This document shows positions 51,221 to 60,964 of a DNA stretch of 61,249 bases, one piece after another. The stretch comes from Candidatus Micrarchaeota archaeon. Its GTDB lineage: Archaea > Micrarchaeota > Micrarchaeia > Micrarchaeales > CABMGC01. The position numbers and the translations under genes were made by a program. The DNA is taken from contig JAWDMK010000001.1 of the NCBI GenBank assembly GCA_046536675.1, forward strand, positions 1 through 61,249, in the 5' to 3' direction. The notes under the pieces were generated by a model. It did no database searches. It was not told where the DNA came from and saw only the letters and a list, made by a program, of their open reading frames with translations. Each line of letters begins with the position of its first letter. The stretch's first letter is position 1.

Positions 51221-53764
51221 ATGCAAGCTGAATCTATAGATTATATAAAGTTTGGTATACTCTCGCCAGAGCAGATAAGAAAGCTCAGCGTAGCAAAGCT
51301 TACTGTGCCGGATACATATAATGAAGACGGCTACCCAATCGACGGCGGCCTTGTAGATCAGAGGCTTGGTGTTATTGATCCAGGTCTTGTTTGCAAAACA
51401 TGTGGTGCAAGGGCAAAGGTGTGCCCCGGCCACTTTGGTCACATAGAGCTTGTAAGGCCAGTGATACATTCTGAATTTGCCAAAATAATATACATGCTAC
51501 TTCAATCAACATGCCAGGAATGCGGCAGGGTTTTGCTTAATGAGGAGCAGATATCTGATCTAAAGGAAACAATGAGACAGATTGTTGTAAGTGAAGGCGA
51601 AGAAGCGACAGATATTGACAAGGTAAATGAGAAAAATCAAATATTAAAGAAGCTTAGAAGCATAAAGAAGTGTCCGCACTGCGGTGCTGTTCAGCAAAAG
51701 ATCAAGTTTGAACCACCAACATTCTTTTATATTGGAGATAGAAGGCTTAAGCCTGATGAGATAAGGGATAGGCTAAGCAAGATAAGCGACGAAGATCTAA
51801 AGCTTCTCGGCATAGACCCTACAACAAGCAGGCCTGAATGGCTTGTTCTTACAACCCTTCTTGTGCCTCCTGTAAATGTAAGGCCTTCAATAACGCTAGA
51901 GTCTGGAGAAAGGAGTGAGGATGACCTTACACATAAGCTAGTAGAGATAATGCGTATAAACCAGAGGCTTGAACAAAACATAAACGCTGGCGCTCCGCAG
52001 ATAATTATAGATGACCTGTGGGAACTTCTTCAATATCACGTTACAACCTATTTCAACAACGAAGCACCTGGCATACCACCAGCAAGGCACAGGAGTGGAA
52101 GAGCGCTTAAGACACTTGCCCAAAGATTAAAGGGTAAAGAGGGCAGATTTAGGTATAACCTAAGTGGTAAAAGGGTTAATTTCTCAGCCAGAACTGTAAT
52201 ATCTGTAGATCCTTACATCGACATAGATGAAGTTGGTGTTCCTTACGAGGTTGCAAAGAAGCTCACAGTTCCATTTTATGTAACAGAATGGAATATGGAA
52301 AAAGCTAAAGAGTGGCTTTCAAGGACAGAATACCCAATGGTTGTTGATATAATAACAAAAGATGGCAAGAGGAAGAGAATAGTAGAAGGTGCAAGAGAAG
52401 AAATTATCAAAAGCATAGCGCCTGGCGATATTCTAGAGAGACAGCTTATCGATGGTGATATTGTAATATTTAACAGGCAGCCTTCATTACACAGAATAAA
52501 TATAATGGCCCATAGGGTGAGGGTATTGCCTGGAAAGACATTTAGGCTCAATTTCGATACAACACATCCGTATGGTGCAGACTTCGATGGAGACGAAATG
52601 AATTTGCACGTTCCACAAACATTAGAGGCACAGGCAGAGGCAAAGTATTTGATGTGGGTAAACAACCAGATATTCTCACCAAGAACAGGCGACGCTATAA
52701 TTACTAACAATGAAGACGGCATAACAGGAATGTATCTGCTAACAGAAGACACAACAAGGCTTACAAAAAAAGAAGCGAGCTATCTGCTTGCGCTCGCTGG
52801 CATATACGAGCTTCCAAAACCTGGAAAAGATGGCTTATATGCGGGCAAAGATATATTTTCAATGCTCCTTCCAGCAAAACTTAATTTTGAACAAAAGGTA
52901 AAGGGCCAAACAGTAAAGATTGTAAATGGCAAGCTTGTAGAGGGCGTTCTTACAAAAGAGACTTATGGAAGGGGAAGCAGGCTACTTGCAAAGATTGCAG
53001 CAGATTTCGGCATGCAAGTAGTAAGCGATTTTCTTAACAGATCATCGAGACTTGCAGACGCATTCGTTACGCTTTACGGTATAACAGTCGGAATAAAAGA
53101 GTATATGATAAATGAAGATGTAGAAAGGGAGAGGCTTGCAATAATTGAGAGGACCTTTAATAAGGTCAACGAGCTTATAGAGAGCTACAAAAAGAAAACG
53201 CTCGAACCGCTTGTAGGCTATACGCTTAAGCAATCCTTAGAGAGAATGATAATCGCTGAGCTTGACCTAGCCAGAGCGGCTGCTGCAAAGTATGTTGTAA
53301 CACACAGCGAAAAGGATAATGACGTTGTACTCATGGCTTTTGCAGGTTCAAGAGGTAGCGAAAAGAACGTTGTGCAGATGAATATGCTATTAGGCCAGCA
53401 AGCAACCCAGTCTGGTGGCAGAATAAAACGTGGATATGCTACTAATAGGGTTTTGCCGCATATAAAGCCAAATGATATAACACCTCCAGCAAGAGGTTTT
53501 GTAGTATCAAACTACTTCCACGGCTTAACACCAATAGACTTCTATATGCATGCAATCGGTTCAAGAGGTTCAGAAGTATACAAGGCGCTGCTTACCGCTA
53601 GAAGCGGTTATCTTTATAGAAGAATTAGCAATGCATTGCAGGATTACTATGTTGACTACGATCTTACAGTTAGAGATGTTCATGGAAAGCTGCTTCAAAC
53701 GATATATGGCGGGGATGGCATAGACCCAGTAAAAGAGATGATAAAAGAGATGCAGAGTGAGTAA
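51221..53764 (+). CDS. rpoA1: DNA-directed RNA polymerase subunit A' (Rpo1N)
   Basis: 847 aa. Zn motif CKTCG...CPGHFGH, and the active site NFDTTHPYGADFDGDEMNLH (a variant context of the NADFDGD motif). Confidence 0.95.
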   Translation: MQAESIDYIKFGILSPEQIRKLSVAKLTVPDTYNEDGYPIDGGLVDQRLGVIDPGLVCKTCGARAKVCPGHFGHIELVRPVIHSEFAKIIYMLLQSTCQECGRVLLNEEQISDLKETMRQIVVSEGEEATDIDKVNEKNQILKKLRSIKKCPHCGAVQQKIKFEPPTFFYIGDRRLKPDEIRDRLSKISDEDLKLLGIDPTTSRPEWLVLTTLLVPPVNVRPSITLESGERSEDDLTHKLVEIMRINQRLEQNINAGAPQIIIDDLWELLQYHVTTYFNNEAPGIPPARHRSGRALKTLAQRLKGKEGRFRYNLSGKRVNFSARTVISVDPYIDIDEVGVPYEVAKKLTVPFYVTEWNMEKAKEWLSRTEYPMVVDIITKDGKRKRIVEGAREEIIKSIAPGDILERQLIDGDIVIFNRQPSLHRINIMAHRVRVLPGKTFRLNFDTTHPYGADFDGDEMNLHVPQTLEAQAEAKYLMWVNNQIFSPRTGDAIITNNEDGITGMYLLTEDTTRLTKKEASYLLALAGIYELPKPGKDGLYAGKDIFSMLLPAKLNFEQKVKGQTVKIVNGKLVEGVLTKETYGRGSRLLAKIAADFGMQVVSDFLNRSSRLADAFVTLYGITVGIKEYMINEDVERERLAIIERTFNKVNELIESYKKKTLEPLVGYTLKQSLERMIIAELDLARAAAAKYVVTHSEKDNDVVLMAFAGSRGSEKNVVQMNMLLGQQATQSGGRIKRGYATNRVLPHIKPNDITPPARGFVVSNYFHGLTPIDFYMHAIGSRGSEVYKALLTARSGYLYRRISNALQDYYVDYDLTVRDVHGKLLQTIYGGDGIDPVKEMIKEMQSE

Positions 53765-54814
53765 ATGGTGAAAGAGAATAAAAATCCCAACCTTGTTCAT
53801 GCTGGCGAGCCTGTTGGCGTTGTTGCTGCGCAGTCTATAGGAGAGCCAGGAACGCAAATGATTATAAGCTCTTTCCACTTGGCAGGTATGGCCTCTCAAA
53901 TGGCTACAGCTGGTTTGCCAAGGATGATAGAGCTAATCGATGCTAGAAAGAAGCCTGCATCTCCTTTAACTAGCGTATATCTAAAAGATAAGATAAAAAA
54001 CAATTTCGAAAAGGCAAGCGAGCTTGCGAGAAAGCTAAATGAAGTAAAGATGTCAAGCATAACAAAGCATTTGATAGAGAATTTTGGAAAAGGCAGTATT
54101 ATAATAATCCTAGATACACAAAGGTTAGAGGCTTATGATCTTACAGTAAAAAGCGTTGAATCAAGGATAAACAAATTACTTAAGTTAGACACAGAATCAA
54201 ACGAAAAGAGAATAACAGTACATCTCCACAAGAAAGATATAAAATTCATAAGAGAAATGGCTATGAAGATAATGAACCTTACAATAAGCGGCGTGGAAGG
54301 CGCAGGTACATGTGTATTGCAACAAGATGATAAGACAGGCGAATACTATATTTTGACAGATAAGAGCAACCTAGGTCCATTTCTTGAAATAGATGAGGTT
54401 GATAAAAGTAGAATTTATACTAATGATATATTTGAAATGTATAGAGTTTTTGGTATAGAGGCAGCAAGAAATACATTAGCAAACGAAATTCTTTTGACAC
54501 TTTCACAGCAAGGCATATCAGTAAGCCCTAGGCACATACTTCTGCTTGCAGATGCAATGACATATAGTGGCGAAATAAAGAATGTTGGTAGGCACGGGTT
54601 AACGGGTGAAAAGAAGTCTGTCTTTGCAAGGGCAGCATACGAAGAAACTGTAAAGCATCTAATAAATGCGGCAGCTTTCGGTGAAGTTGATATGATGAAA
54701 GGCGTTACAGAAAGTATACTTGTGGGCAAACAGATAGCACTTGGCACTGGTAGAGTTAAGCTCTCAATAAAGAAAGAGGATCTAGCTAAGATAAGTAAGA
54801 AGAGCAAAGAATAA
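53765..54814 (+). CDS. rpoA2: DNA-directed RNA polymerase subunit A'' (Rpo1C)
   Basis: 349 aa. [19 protein letters not shown] trigger-loop region. Its start abuts the rpoA' stop. Confidence 0.95.
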   Translation: MVKENKNPNLVHAGEPVGVVAAQSIGEPGTQMIISSFHLAGMASQMATAGLPRMIELIDARKKPASPLTSVYLKDKIKNNFEKASELARKLNEVKMSSITKHLIENFGKGSIIIILDTQRLEAYDLTVKSVESRINKLLKLDTESNEKRITVHLHKKDIKFIREMAMKIMNLTISGVEGAGTCVLQQDDKTGEYYILTDKSNLGPFLEIDEVDKSRIYTNDIFEMYRVFGIEAARNTLANEILLTLSQQGISVSPRHILLLADAMTYSGEIKNVGRHGLTGEKKSVFARAAYEETVKHLINAAAFGEVDMMKGVTESILVGKQIALGTGRVKLSIKKEDLAKISKKSKE

Positions 54815-54885
54815 TAATGTGTGAAAAGATAGTAAAAATAAATAAATTTATAGAAAGATGATTTTTATTTGGTTTGGTGAAGGAA

Positions 54886-55113
54886 ATGGCGCAAGAAAGA
54901 CCTTTCGACTTGCTCAATAAGTCTATTGGGCAGCAGATTTTAGTAAGACTTAAAAACAACGTAGAAATAAGAGGAGTGGTGACATCATTTGACGTGCATA
55001 TGAACATAGTGCTGGAGAATGCTGAGGAGTTAGAAGATGGTAACTTAAAAGCAAAGCTAGGCACTATACTTTTAAGGGGCGGCAATATTCTATTTATATC
55101 CCCCGTAATGTGA
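54886..55113 (+). CDS. Sm-like archaeal protein (SmAP/LSm)
   Basis: Sm1 and Sm2 motifs (ILVRLKNNVEIRGVVTSFDVHMNIVL ... ILLRGGNILFISP). The ATG at 54886 is preceded by GGTGAAGGA. Confidence 0.85.
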   Translation: MAQERPFDLLNKSIGQQILVRLKNNVEIRGVVTSFDVHMNIVLENAEELEDGNLKAKLGTILLRGGNILFISPVM

Positions 55114-55118
55114 ATAGT

Positions 55119-55206
55119 GGGCTCCTGGCGCAATGGTAGCGCGCCTGCATGGCATGCAGGAGGTTGCGGGTTCGAATATTTCTTTTCGAAAATCCCGCGG
55201 AGTCCA
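55119..55206 (+). tRNA. tRNA-Ala (anticodon GGC) with a 16-nt insertion inside the T-loop
   Basis: Acceptor GGGCTCC/GGAGTCC, including the G3:U70 Ala identity pair and A73. D arm GCGC-AATGGTA-GCGC, anticodon arm CCTGC-ATGGCAT-GCAGG (GGC at 55151-55153). T stem GCGGG/CCCGC encloses 23 nt (55171-55193) instead of 7. Confidence 0.8.
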
Positions 55207-55302
55207 CATCGTTACCTATCCTCTTACTAATCAAATTTTAAAGATATCTTTCTAAACAAAACTAAAGAAAAGTTTTTATTTAGTGAAAACGCTAAGCAAA
55301 AT

Positions 55303-55839
55303 ATGGAATCCCAGCAATACGTCAATATAAGAAGGATTTTTCATCTAGAGAAAGAGCTACTTCATTACCAAAAAAAAGAACAAAAAGATGCATTAGCTTC
55401 TGCCAAGAGATCAGAAAGCCAAGATAAAGAAAATATGAACATGCTCAAAAATTTCTCTTCTCTCTTTAGAAAGTTAAGAAAAGATGGCTCTGCAAAGCGT
55501 GGAAAAGAAGAAGTAATTGAAGAACTGCTAACATATTTTAAAGCGTTGGAAGAGAGTAGAAACGAATATTTGATAATAAAATATCTAAACCGCTTAAACG
55601 AAAACCGATTGAAGAAGCTTTATGGTATAGAGCTTAATAAATATAATCTGAAACCAGACATTGAGACTTACCCTATAGTTTCAGATTCTAATACATCCTT
55701 TTCTATCAATTCAATCTCGACAAAATTCTATATGCCCACAAAAGAAAATCTTATGGGCGCATCTAAATTAATATCTGATATAATTGTTGTCCTTGAACAG
55801 CTTAAAGGCAACGAGCCAAATAAAAACAAGATTAATTAG
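55303..55839 (+). CDS. Hypothetical protein
   Basis: 178 aa, K/E-rich and predicted helical. No recognisable motif. Confidence 0.35.
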   Translation: MESQQYVNIRRIFHLEKELLHYQKKEQKDALASAKRSESQDKENMNMLKNFSSLFRKLRKDGSAKRGKEEVIEELLTYFKALEESRNEYLIIKYLNRLNENRLKKLYGIELNKYNLKPDIETYPIVSDSNTSFSINSISTKFYMPTKENLMGASKLISDIIVVLEQLKGNEPNKNKIN

Positions 55840-55873
55840 AAATTTTCAACTTTTTCTTGAAAAAAACAAAGAT

Positions 55874-55884
55874 TTTTAAATATT
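55874..55884 (+). promoter_or_regulatory. TATA-like box for the wHTH gene upstream of grpE
   Basis: TTTTTAAATAT is centred about 25 nt upstream of ATG 55904, which implies a leaderless mRNA. An inverted repeat TTCAA-N7-TTGAA lies at 55845-55861, just upstream. Confidence 0.3.
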
Positions 55885-55903
55885 TCTACACATAATTATA
55901 AAT

Positions 55904-56332
55904 ATGCCCAGCGAAGAAAGGCTAGTAATTAAGCCCCTTTCAAGACCATCAAACGAGACCTCAGATGAGCTTGCAAGGTGGTTCTGCAAGGTGTTTGACC
56001 TTGAGGAAGAGTCAGAACCAGAGATGTTAAGGGAGATAATAAGGAAAAGTATTTCAGGCGAGGGAGTAACAAGCTTAGAGCTTTACAAGAAAATGAAGAT
56101 GCCAAGGAGCACAATAATCTATCACCTCAACAGGCTAATAGGCACAGGTCTAGTAGTCAGAAAGGGTAGGAAGTACTTTTTGAGGTCAATGAGCCTCGAA
56201 GACACTATAGCAGAGCTCCAAGAAGATATGCTCAGGGAGTTTAACAGGCTTATAGAGTTTGCAGAAAAATTTGATGAACTCATATCGCGTGAGATTTATG
56301 GCAGAAGAACAAAAAGACCAAAAGAAAGATAA
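55904..56332 (+). CDS. Winged helix-turn-helix DNA-binding protein (ArsR/TrmB-like), first gene of the grpE-dnaK-dnaJ cluster
   Basis: 142 aa. VTSLELYKKMKMPRSTIIYHLNRLIGTGLVVRKGRKYFL is an HTH plus wing. It overlaps the grpE start. Confidence 0.55.
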   Translation: MPSEERLVIKPLSRPSNETSDELARWFCKVFDLEEESEPEMLREIIRKSISGEGVTSLELYKKMKMPRSTIIYHLNRLIGTGLVVRKGRKYFLRSMSLEDTIAELQEDMLREFNRLIEFAEKFDELISREIYGRRTKRPKER

Positions 56333-56885
56333 TGCTGAGGACAAGCAAGGCCAAGCAGCAAAAGAAGCTAGCCAAGGCGGTACAGAAGAAGGCAAGGAAA
56401 GCAAGAAAGAAGAGAAGCTAGTAAGTGAGAAAGATTACTTGGAACTCAAGGATAGGCTTTTGAGACTTGCGGCAGAGTTTGACAATTACAAAAAGCGCGC
56501 AGCAAAGGAAAACGAGAATGCAAAGCTGCTTGGCAAGGCAGAACTCATGAGAAAGCTTCTCTCAACACTAGATGAATTTGAGCTTGCGCTTTCAGTAAGT
56601 TCAAAAGAAAACAAGGAGATAAAGGGTTTTGAGATGATCTTTTCGAACCTGTTAGATGCACTAAAATCTGAGGGCTTAGAGGTTATAGAAACAAATGGAA
56701 GATATGACCCATACAAGCATGAAATCATACTTGCAAAGGAAAGTGACAAGGAAGAGGGCTCGATACTTGAGGTTGTAAGAAAGGGCTATATGCTTAATGG
56801 TATTTTGCTCAGGCCTGCAACTGTTATAGTTGCTAAGGCCAAAAGCCAGACTAGCGGTGAAGCTGAGGGTAAAAATAAAAAATAA
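56298..56885 (+). CDS. grpE: GrpE nucleotide exchange factor
   Basis: LKDRLLRLAAEFDNYKKR signature and a C-terminal beta domain (GYMLNGILLRPA.V.V). I prefer the ATG at 56298 over the track's TTG at 56259. Confidence 0.85.
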   Translation: MAEEQKDQKKDNAEDKQGQAAKEASQGGTEEGKESKKEEKLVSEKDYLELKDRLLRLAAEFDNYKKRAAKENENAKLLGKAELMRKLLSTLDEFELALSVSSKENKEIKGFEMIFSNLLDALKSEGLEVIETNGRYDPYKHEIILAKESDKEEGSILEVVRKGYMLNGILLRPATVIVAKAKSQTSGEAEGKNKK

Positions 56886-56904
56886 AAAATAAAAAGGTGG
56901 TTTT

Positions 56905-58770
56905 ATGGCTAAAATAATAGGAATAGATTTGGGAACCTCAAATTCTGCGGCTGCAGTATTAGAGGGTGGTAGGCCTGTTCTAATACCAAGCTCAGAAGGT
57001 ATTACCTTATATGGAAAGGCTTTTCCAAGTTATGTGGCATTTACTAAAGAGGGCCAGATACTCGTTGGAGAACCAGCAAGAAGGCAAGCAATAGCAAATC
57101 CAGAAGGAACTGTAACTGCTTTTAAGAGAAAGATGGGAACAGATTACAAGTACAAGATCTTCGGCAAGGAATATACACCACAAGAACTTTCAGCAATACT
57201 GCTTCAAAAGATAAAGCGCGATGCAGAGGCATATCTCGGCGAGGAGGTAAAGCAGGCAGTGATAACGGTTCCTGCTTACTTTAACGATAACCAGAGGCAG
57301 GCAACAAAGGACGCTGGCGAGATAGCTGGCTTAGAAGTGGTTAGGCTTGTAAATGAGCCAACAGCCGCATGCTTGGCTTATGGTATAGACAAGCTTAACA
57401 AAGAGATGAAGATACTTGTATACGATTTTGGTGGTGGAACACTTGACGTTACAATAATGGAATTTGGAAATGGTGTATTTGAAGTAAAGGCAACAAGTGG
57501 CGATACACAGCTTGGCGGCACTGACATGGACAACGCACTTGTAGACTTTTTGCTAAAGGAGATAAAGGCTTCAGCTGGTGTTGATGTTTCAAATGATAAG
57601 CAAGCTATGCAAAGACTTAGAGAAGCTGCAGAGAAGGCGAAGATAGAGCTTTCTACAACATTGCAAACAGAGATAAACCTGCCATTCCTTACGATGGGTC
57701 CTGGAAATGTGCCAGTTCACTTTACCTATACACTAACAAGGGCGAAGCTGGAAGAAATTGTTTTGCCGATAGTTGAGAGGACAACAAAACCAGTAATGCA
57801 GGCACTCAAAGACGCAAAGCTTGAGCCAAAGGATATAGACAAGGTAATACTAATTGGTGGACCTACAAGAATGCCTATAGTACAAAGATATGTAGAGCAG
57901 CTTCTTGGAAAGAAGATAGAGCGTGGAGTAGACCCTATGGAAGCAGTCGCATTTGGCGCAGCAATACAGGCTGGTGTTCTTACAGGAGAGGTAAAGGATA
58001 TTGTCTTACTTGATGTAACCCCACTCTCTTTAGGCATAGAAACACTTGGTGGAGTTATGACGAAGATTATAGAGAGAAATACAACTATACCTATAAGAAG
58101 GTCACAAATATTTACCACAGCCGAGGATATGCAAACAACAGTAGATATTCACGTTCTGCAAGGCGAGAGAGCGCTTGCAAAAGATAATATCTCACTTGGC
58201 AGGTTTACACTTACAGGAATACCTCCAGCACCAAGAGGCGTGCCACAGATAGAGGTTACATTTGATATAGATGCAAATGGAATCTTGCACGTTACAGCAA
58301 AAGATAAAGCAACAGGTAAAGAACAGAGTATGAAGATAGTTGCTCCTAACAAGATGTCAAGGGAAGAGATAGAGCAAAAGATGAAAGAAGCTGAGAAGTA
58401 TGCAGAAGAAGATAAGAAGATAAGAGAATTCATAGAGCTCAAGAATACAGCTGAGTCATTAATATACACTGCGGAGAGAACACTTAAGGACAGCAAGGAC
58501 AAAATATCAAAAGACACTGCAGACGAAGTTGAAAAAGCAAAGAACGAACTGCAAGAAGCTATAAAGAAAGAGAACAAAGATGAGATAAGCTCAAAGATGG
58601 AATCGCTAAAGAGTGCTCTGGAAAAGTTAGGAGAAGAGCTTTATAGAGGTCAGGGTCAAGCACAGGGAGGAGCAAGCAGCGGAGGACCGGGCTTTGGTCC
58701 TGGCTCTAGCTCCAGCGGTGGCTCAGATCAAGGCAATACAACAGATGCGGACTTCAGAGTTGAAAAATAA
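56905..58770 (+). CDS. dnaK: Chaperone DnaK (Hsp70)
   Basis: [30 protein letters not shown], and a G/S-rich C-terminal tail. Confidence 0.97.
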   Translation: MAKIIGIDLGTSNSAAAVLEGGRPVLIPSSEGITLYGKAFPSYVAFTKEGQILVGEPARRQAIANPEGTVTAFKRKMGTDYKYKIFGKEYTPQELSAILLQKIKRDAEAYLGEEVKQAVITVPAYFNDNQRQATKDAGEIAGLEVVRLVNEPTAACLAYGIDKLNKEMKILVYDFGGGTLDVTIMEFGNGVFEVKATSGDTQLGGTDMDNALVDFLLKEIKASAGVDVSNDKQAMQRLREAAEKAKIELSTTLQTEINLPFLTMGPGNVPVHFTYTLTRAKLEEIVLPIVERTTKPVMQALKDAKLEPKDIDKVILIGGPTRMPIVQRYVEQLLGKKIERGVDPMEAVAFGAAIQAGVLTGEVKDIVLLDVTPLSLGIETLGGVMTKIIERNTTIPIRRSQIFTTAEDMQTTVDIHVLQGERALAKDNISLGRFTLTGIPPAPRGVPQIEVTFDIDANGILHVTAKDKATGKEQSMKIVAPNKMSREEIEQKMKEAEKYAEEDKKIREFIELKNTAESLIYTAERTLKDSKDKISKDTADEVEKAKNELQEAIKKENKDEISSKMESLKSALEKLGEELYRGQGQAQGGASSGGPGFGPGSSSSGGSDQGNTTDADFRVEK

Positions 58771-58780
58771 AATGACTTAA

Positions 58781-59905
58781 ATGGCAAAGGACTACTATGA
58801 TATATTAGGTGTTCCACACAATGCTACTCTAGACGAGATTAAGAGAGCATACAGGGAACTAGCACTGAAGTATCATCCTGATAGAAACAAGTCCAAAGAA
58901 GCAGAAGAAAAATTCAAGGAGATAAACGAGGCATACGCAGTACTAAGCGATCCCGAGAAAAGAAAGCAGTATGACATGTATGGTCCGGCAGGCTTTGGTC
59001 AGAAGTACAGCGAAGAAGACATCTTCCGTGGATTTAATTTTGAAGATATTTTAAAAGATTTGGGGCTCAGCTTTGACTTTGGTTTTTCTGATTTTGGTGA
59101 AGAGCCCTTCTTTGATATTTTTGGGCAAAGCGGAAGAGGGAGAGCAAATGCAAATGTAGGCCAAAGTATATTATACAGGCTTGACATAACATTTGAAGAA
59201 GCAGCTAAGGGCACAGAGAAAGAGATTAGGTTTAGGCATATTAAAAAATGTCCACACTGCAACGGAACAGGTGCTGAACCTAATGCAAAGCTAATAAAGT
59301 GCCCTGAATGCAATGGAAGGGGTGTTATTGTAACAACTAGGAGCACCTTCTTTGGTAGGATTCAAACATCTACAGTATGTCCGAGGTGTGGCGGTTCTGG
59401 CAAAATATATGACAAGCCGTGCAAGGTGTGCAATGGGACAGGCGGGGTAGTAAGTGATGAAAAAGTTGTTGTAAAAATACCTCCTGGCATAACCGATGGT
59501 ACACGTTTAAGACTTAGAGGTATGGGTGATTATGCAAAAGGTGGTACTGGTGACCTTTTTGTAGAGGTGCATGTACTAGAGCACAAGATATTCAAGAGAG
59601 AGGGTAATGATATTTATGTAAATCTAAGCATACCATTCTATACTGCAATTTTAGGTGGTAAGGTAAAGGTTCCCACTCTTGATGGTGAAAGAGAAATTGA
59701 GATTCCAAGAGGGACTCAGCAGGGAGACAAATTGGTAATAAAAGGTGCAGGCATTAGAACACCAAGGGGCGTTGGTGACGAAATAGTTATAGTAAATATA
59801 ACTATACCAAAATCAATCTCAAAAGAAGAAGAAGAGCTTCTTATGAGGTTTAAGGAATTGCATGGTGAAGATGACAGGCAGGAAAGGAGAAGGTGGCCAT
59901 TTTAG
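58781..59905 (+). CDS. dnaJ: Chaperone DnaJ (type I Hsp40)
   Basis: J domain with HPD (KYHPDRN), a G/F region, and four CxxCxGxG zinc motifs. Confidence 0.95.
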   Translation: MAKDYYDILGVPHNATLDEIKRAYRELALKYHPDRNKSKEAEEKFKEINEAYAVLSDPEKRKQYDMYGPAGFGQKYSEEDIFRGFNFEDILKDLGLSFDFGFSDFGEEPFFDIFGQSGRGRANANVGQSILYRLDITFEEAAKGTEKEIRFRHIKKCPHCNGTGAEPNAKLIKCPECNGRGVIVTTRSTFFGRIQTSTVCPRCGGSGKIYDKPCKVCNGTGGVVSDEKVVVKIPPGITDGTRLRLRGMGDYAKGGTGDLFVEVHVLEHKIFKREGNDIYVNLSIPFYTAILGGKVKVPTLDGEREIEIPRGTQQGDKLVIKGAGIRTPRGVGDEIVIVNITIPKSISKEEEELLMRFKELHGEDDRQERRRWPF

Positions 59906-60964
59906 CTAGCTTCTATTTTTCGCACTTCTTTTTGCGCCATAAACGAAGATAAGCAAAACCACTAATCCTACAAATACAAGGTATATGCCTTGCCAGCTAA
60001 TAGTAAGTGCAGCAAGGCCTAATGCAATGCTCATAAATGAGAAAAGGGGTGGTATTGCTGGAAGGGGTATAAGGTATTTTTTCTGTATATACATGGTAAA
60101 GAGCATGCCTACTGTGCTGCCTATGATTACGCTGATAGGTATAAAGTAGCTGAAAGAAAGCTTGTAAGAGCTTATAGCAAGCATAAGCGGCAAGCCTAGA
60201 TCGCCTGCACCAAGCTGCACCTGGCTTATCAACGGTAGTTTGCCCTGTTTTATCAGCTTCCTTATAATCGGATTCTTTATCTTTGCAATCTCTTTCTTGT
60301 ACTTTTCATACTCTTTAAGCTCTTTTTTGCTAAAGAAGTTTTTTGGTATTACCTCTACATCTGTTGAGCCTATTAGAAATGCTAGGTTCCTACTTGATAA
60401 CGCCTTAGCAAGTGTGAGCATATGCTTTGTAACAAAAACAGCAATGTAGTCATAAGCAGCAATTACAAGAACCAAAAAATATGCTACAGCAAAACCAAAA
60501 TCAATACCAAGAACTAACCCAACACCTATGCTCGCTATTATCGCTACAGTGTTTCTTAATACATGGTATTTATTCTTTATTAACACAAGAGCTATAGCAA
60601 TTAGCAACGATACAATAGAAACAGCGCTGACACTTAGGTTAGGTGCAAAGTAGCCGATTATTGTAGCAAAGACAAAAAATGAAGCGGTAACTATTACAAA
60701 GCCTTCAAAAAGGGAGAAAAGCATATTACCATGATAAATTTTGAAGACAAGCAAGATTGCAAGTGTTGCAATAATCAAATATACAAAGAACCAAAGTGCT
60801 TGTTGTGGTGTGTTAACTTGGCTGCTACTGGAGCTTGGGCTTGTTATATAGCTAACAGGTGTTGTGGTATAAACTAGACTTGCTATAAGTAAGCCCCCAA
60901 ACTGCACTATCATGAATAGGACAAGTATATTGAATTGTTGTCTAAACTCAATGCGCCTGATCAA
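59906..60964 (-). CDS. Presenilin/signal-peptide-peptidase family intramembrane aspartyl protease (PSH-like)
   Basis: 352 aa with about 9 TM helices. YD motif (AAYDYIAVF), GxGD motif (LGAGDLGLP), and a C-terminal PAL-like LPAIPP. Confidence 0.65.
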   Translation of the reverse strand: MIRRIEFRQQFNILVLFMIVQFGGLLIASLVYTTTPVSYITSPSSSSSQVNTPQQALWFFVYLIIATLAILLVFKIYHGNMLFSLFEGFVIVTASFFVFATIIGYFAPNLSVSAVSIVSLLIAIALVLIKNKYHVLRNTVAIIASIGVGLVLGIDFGFAVAYFLVLVIAAYDYIAVFVTKHMLTLAKALSSRNLAFLIGSTDVEVIPKNFFSKKELKEYEKYKKEIAKIKNPIIRKLIKQGKLPLISQVQLGAGDLGLPLMLAISSYKLSFSYFIPISVIIGSTVGMLFTMYIQKKYLIPLPAIPPLFSFMSIALGLAALTISWQGIYLVFVGLVVLLIFVYGAKRSAKNRS

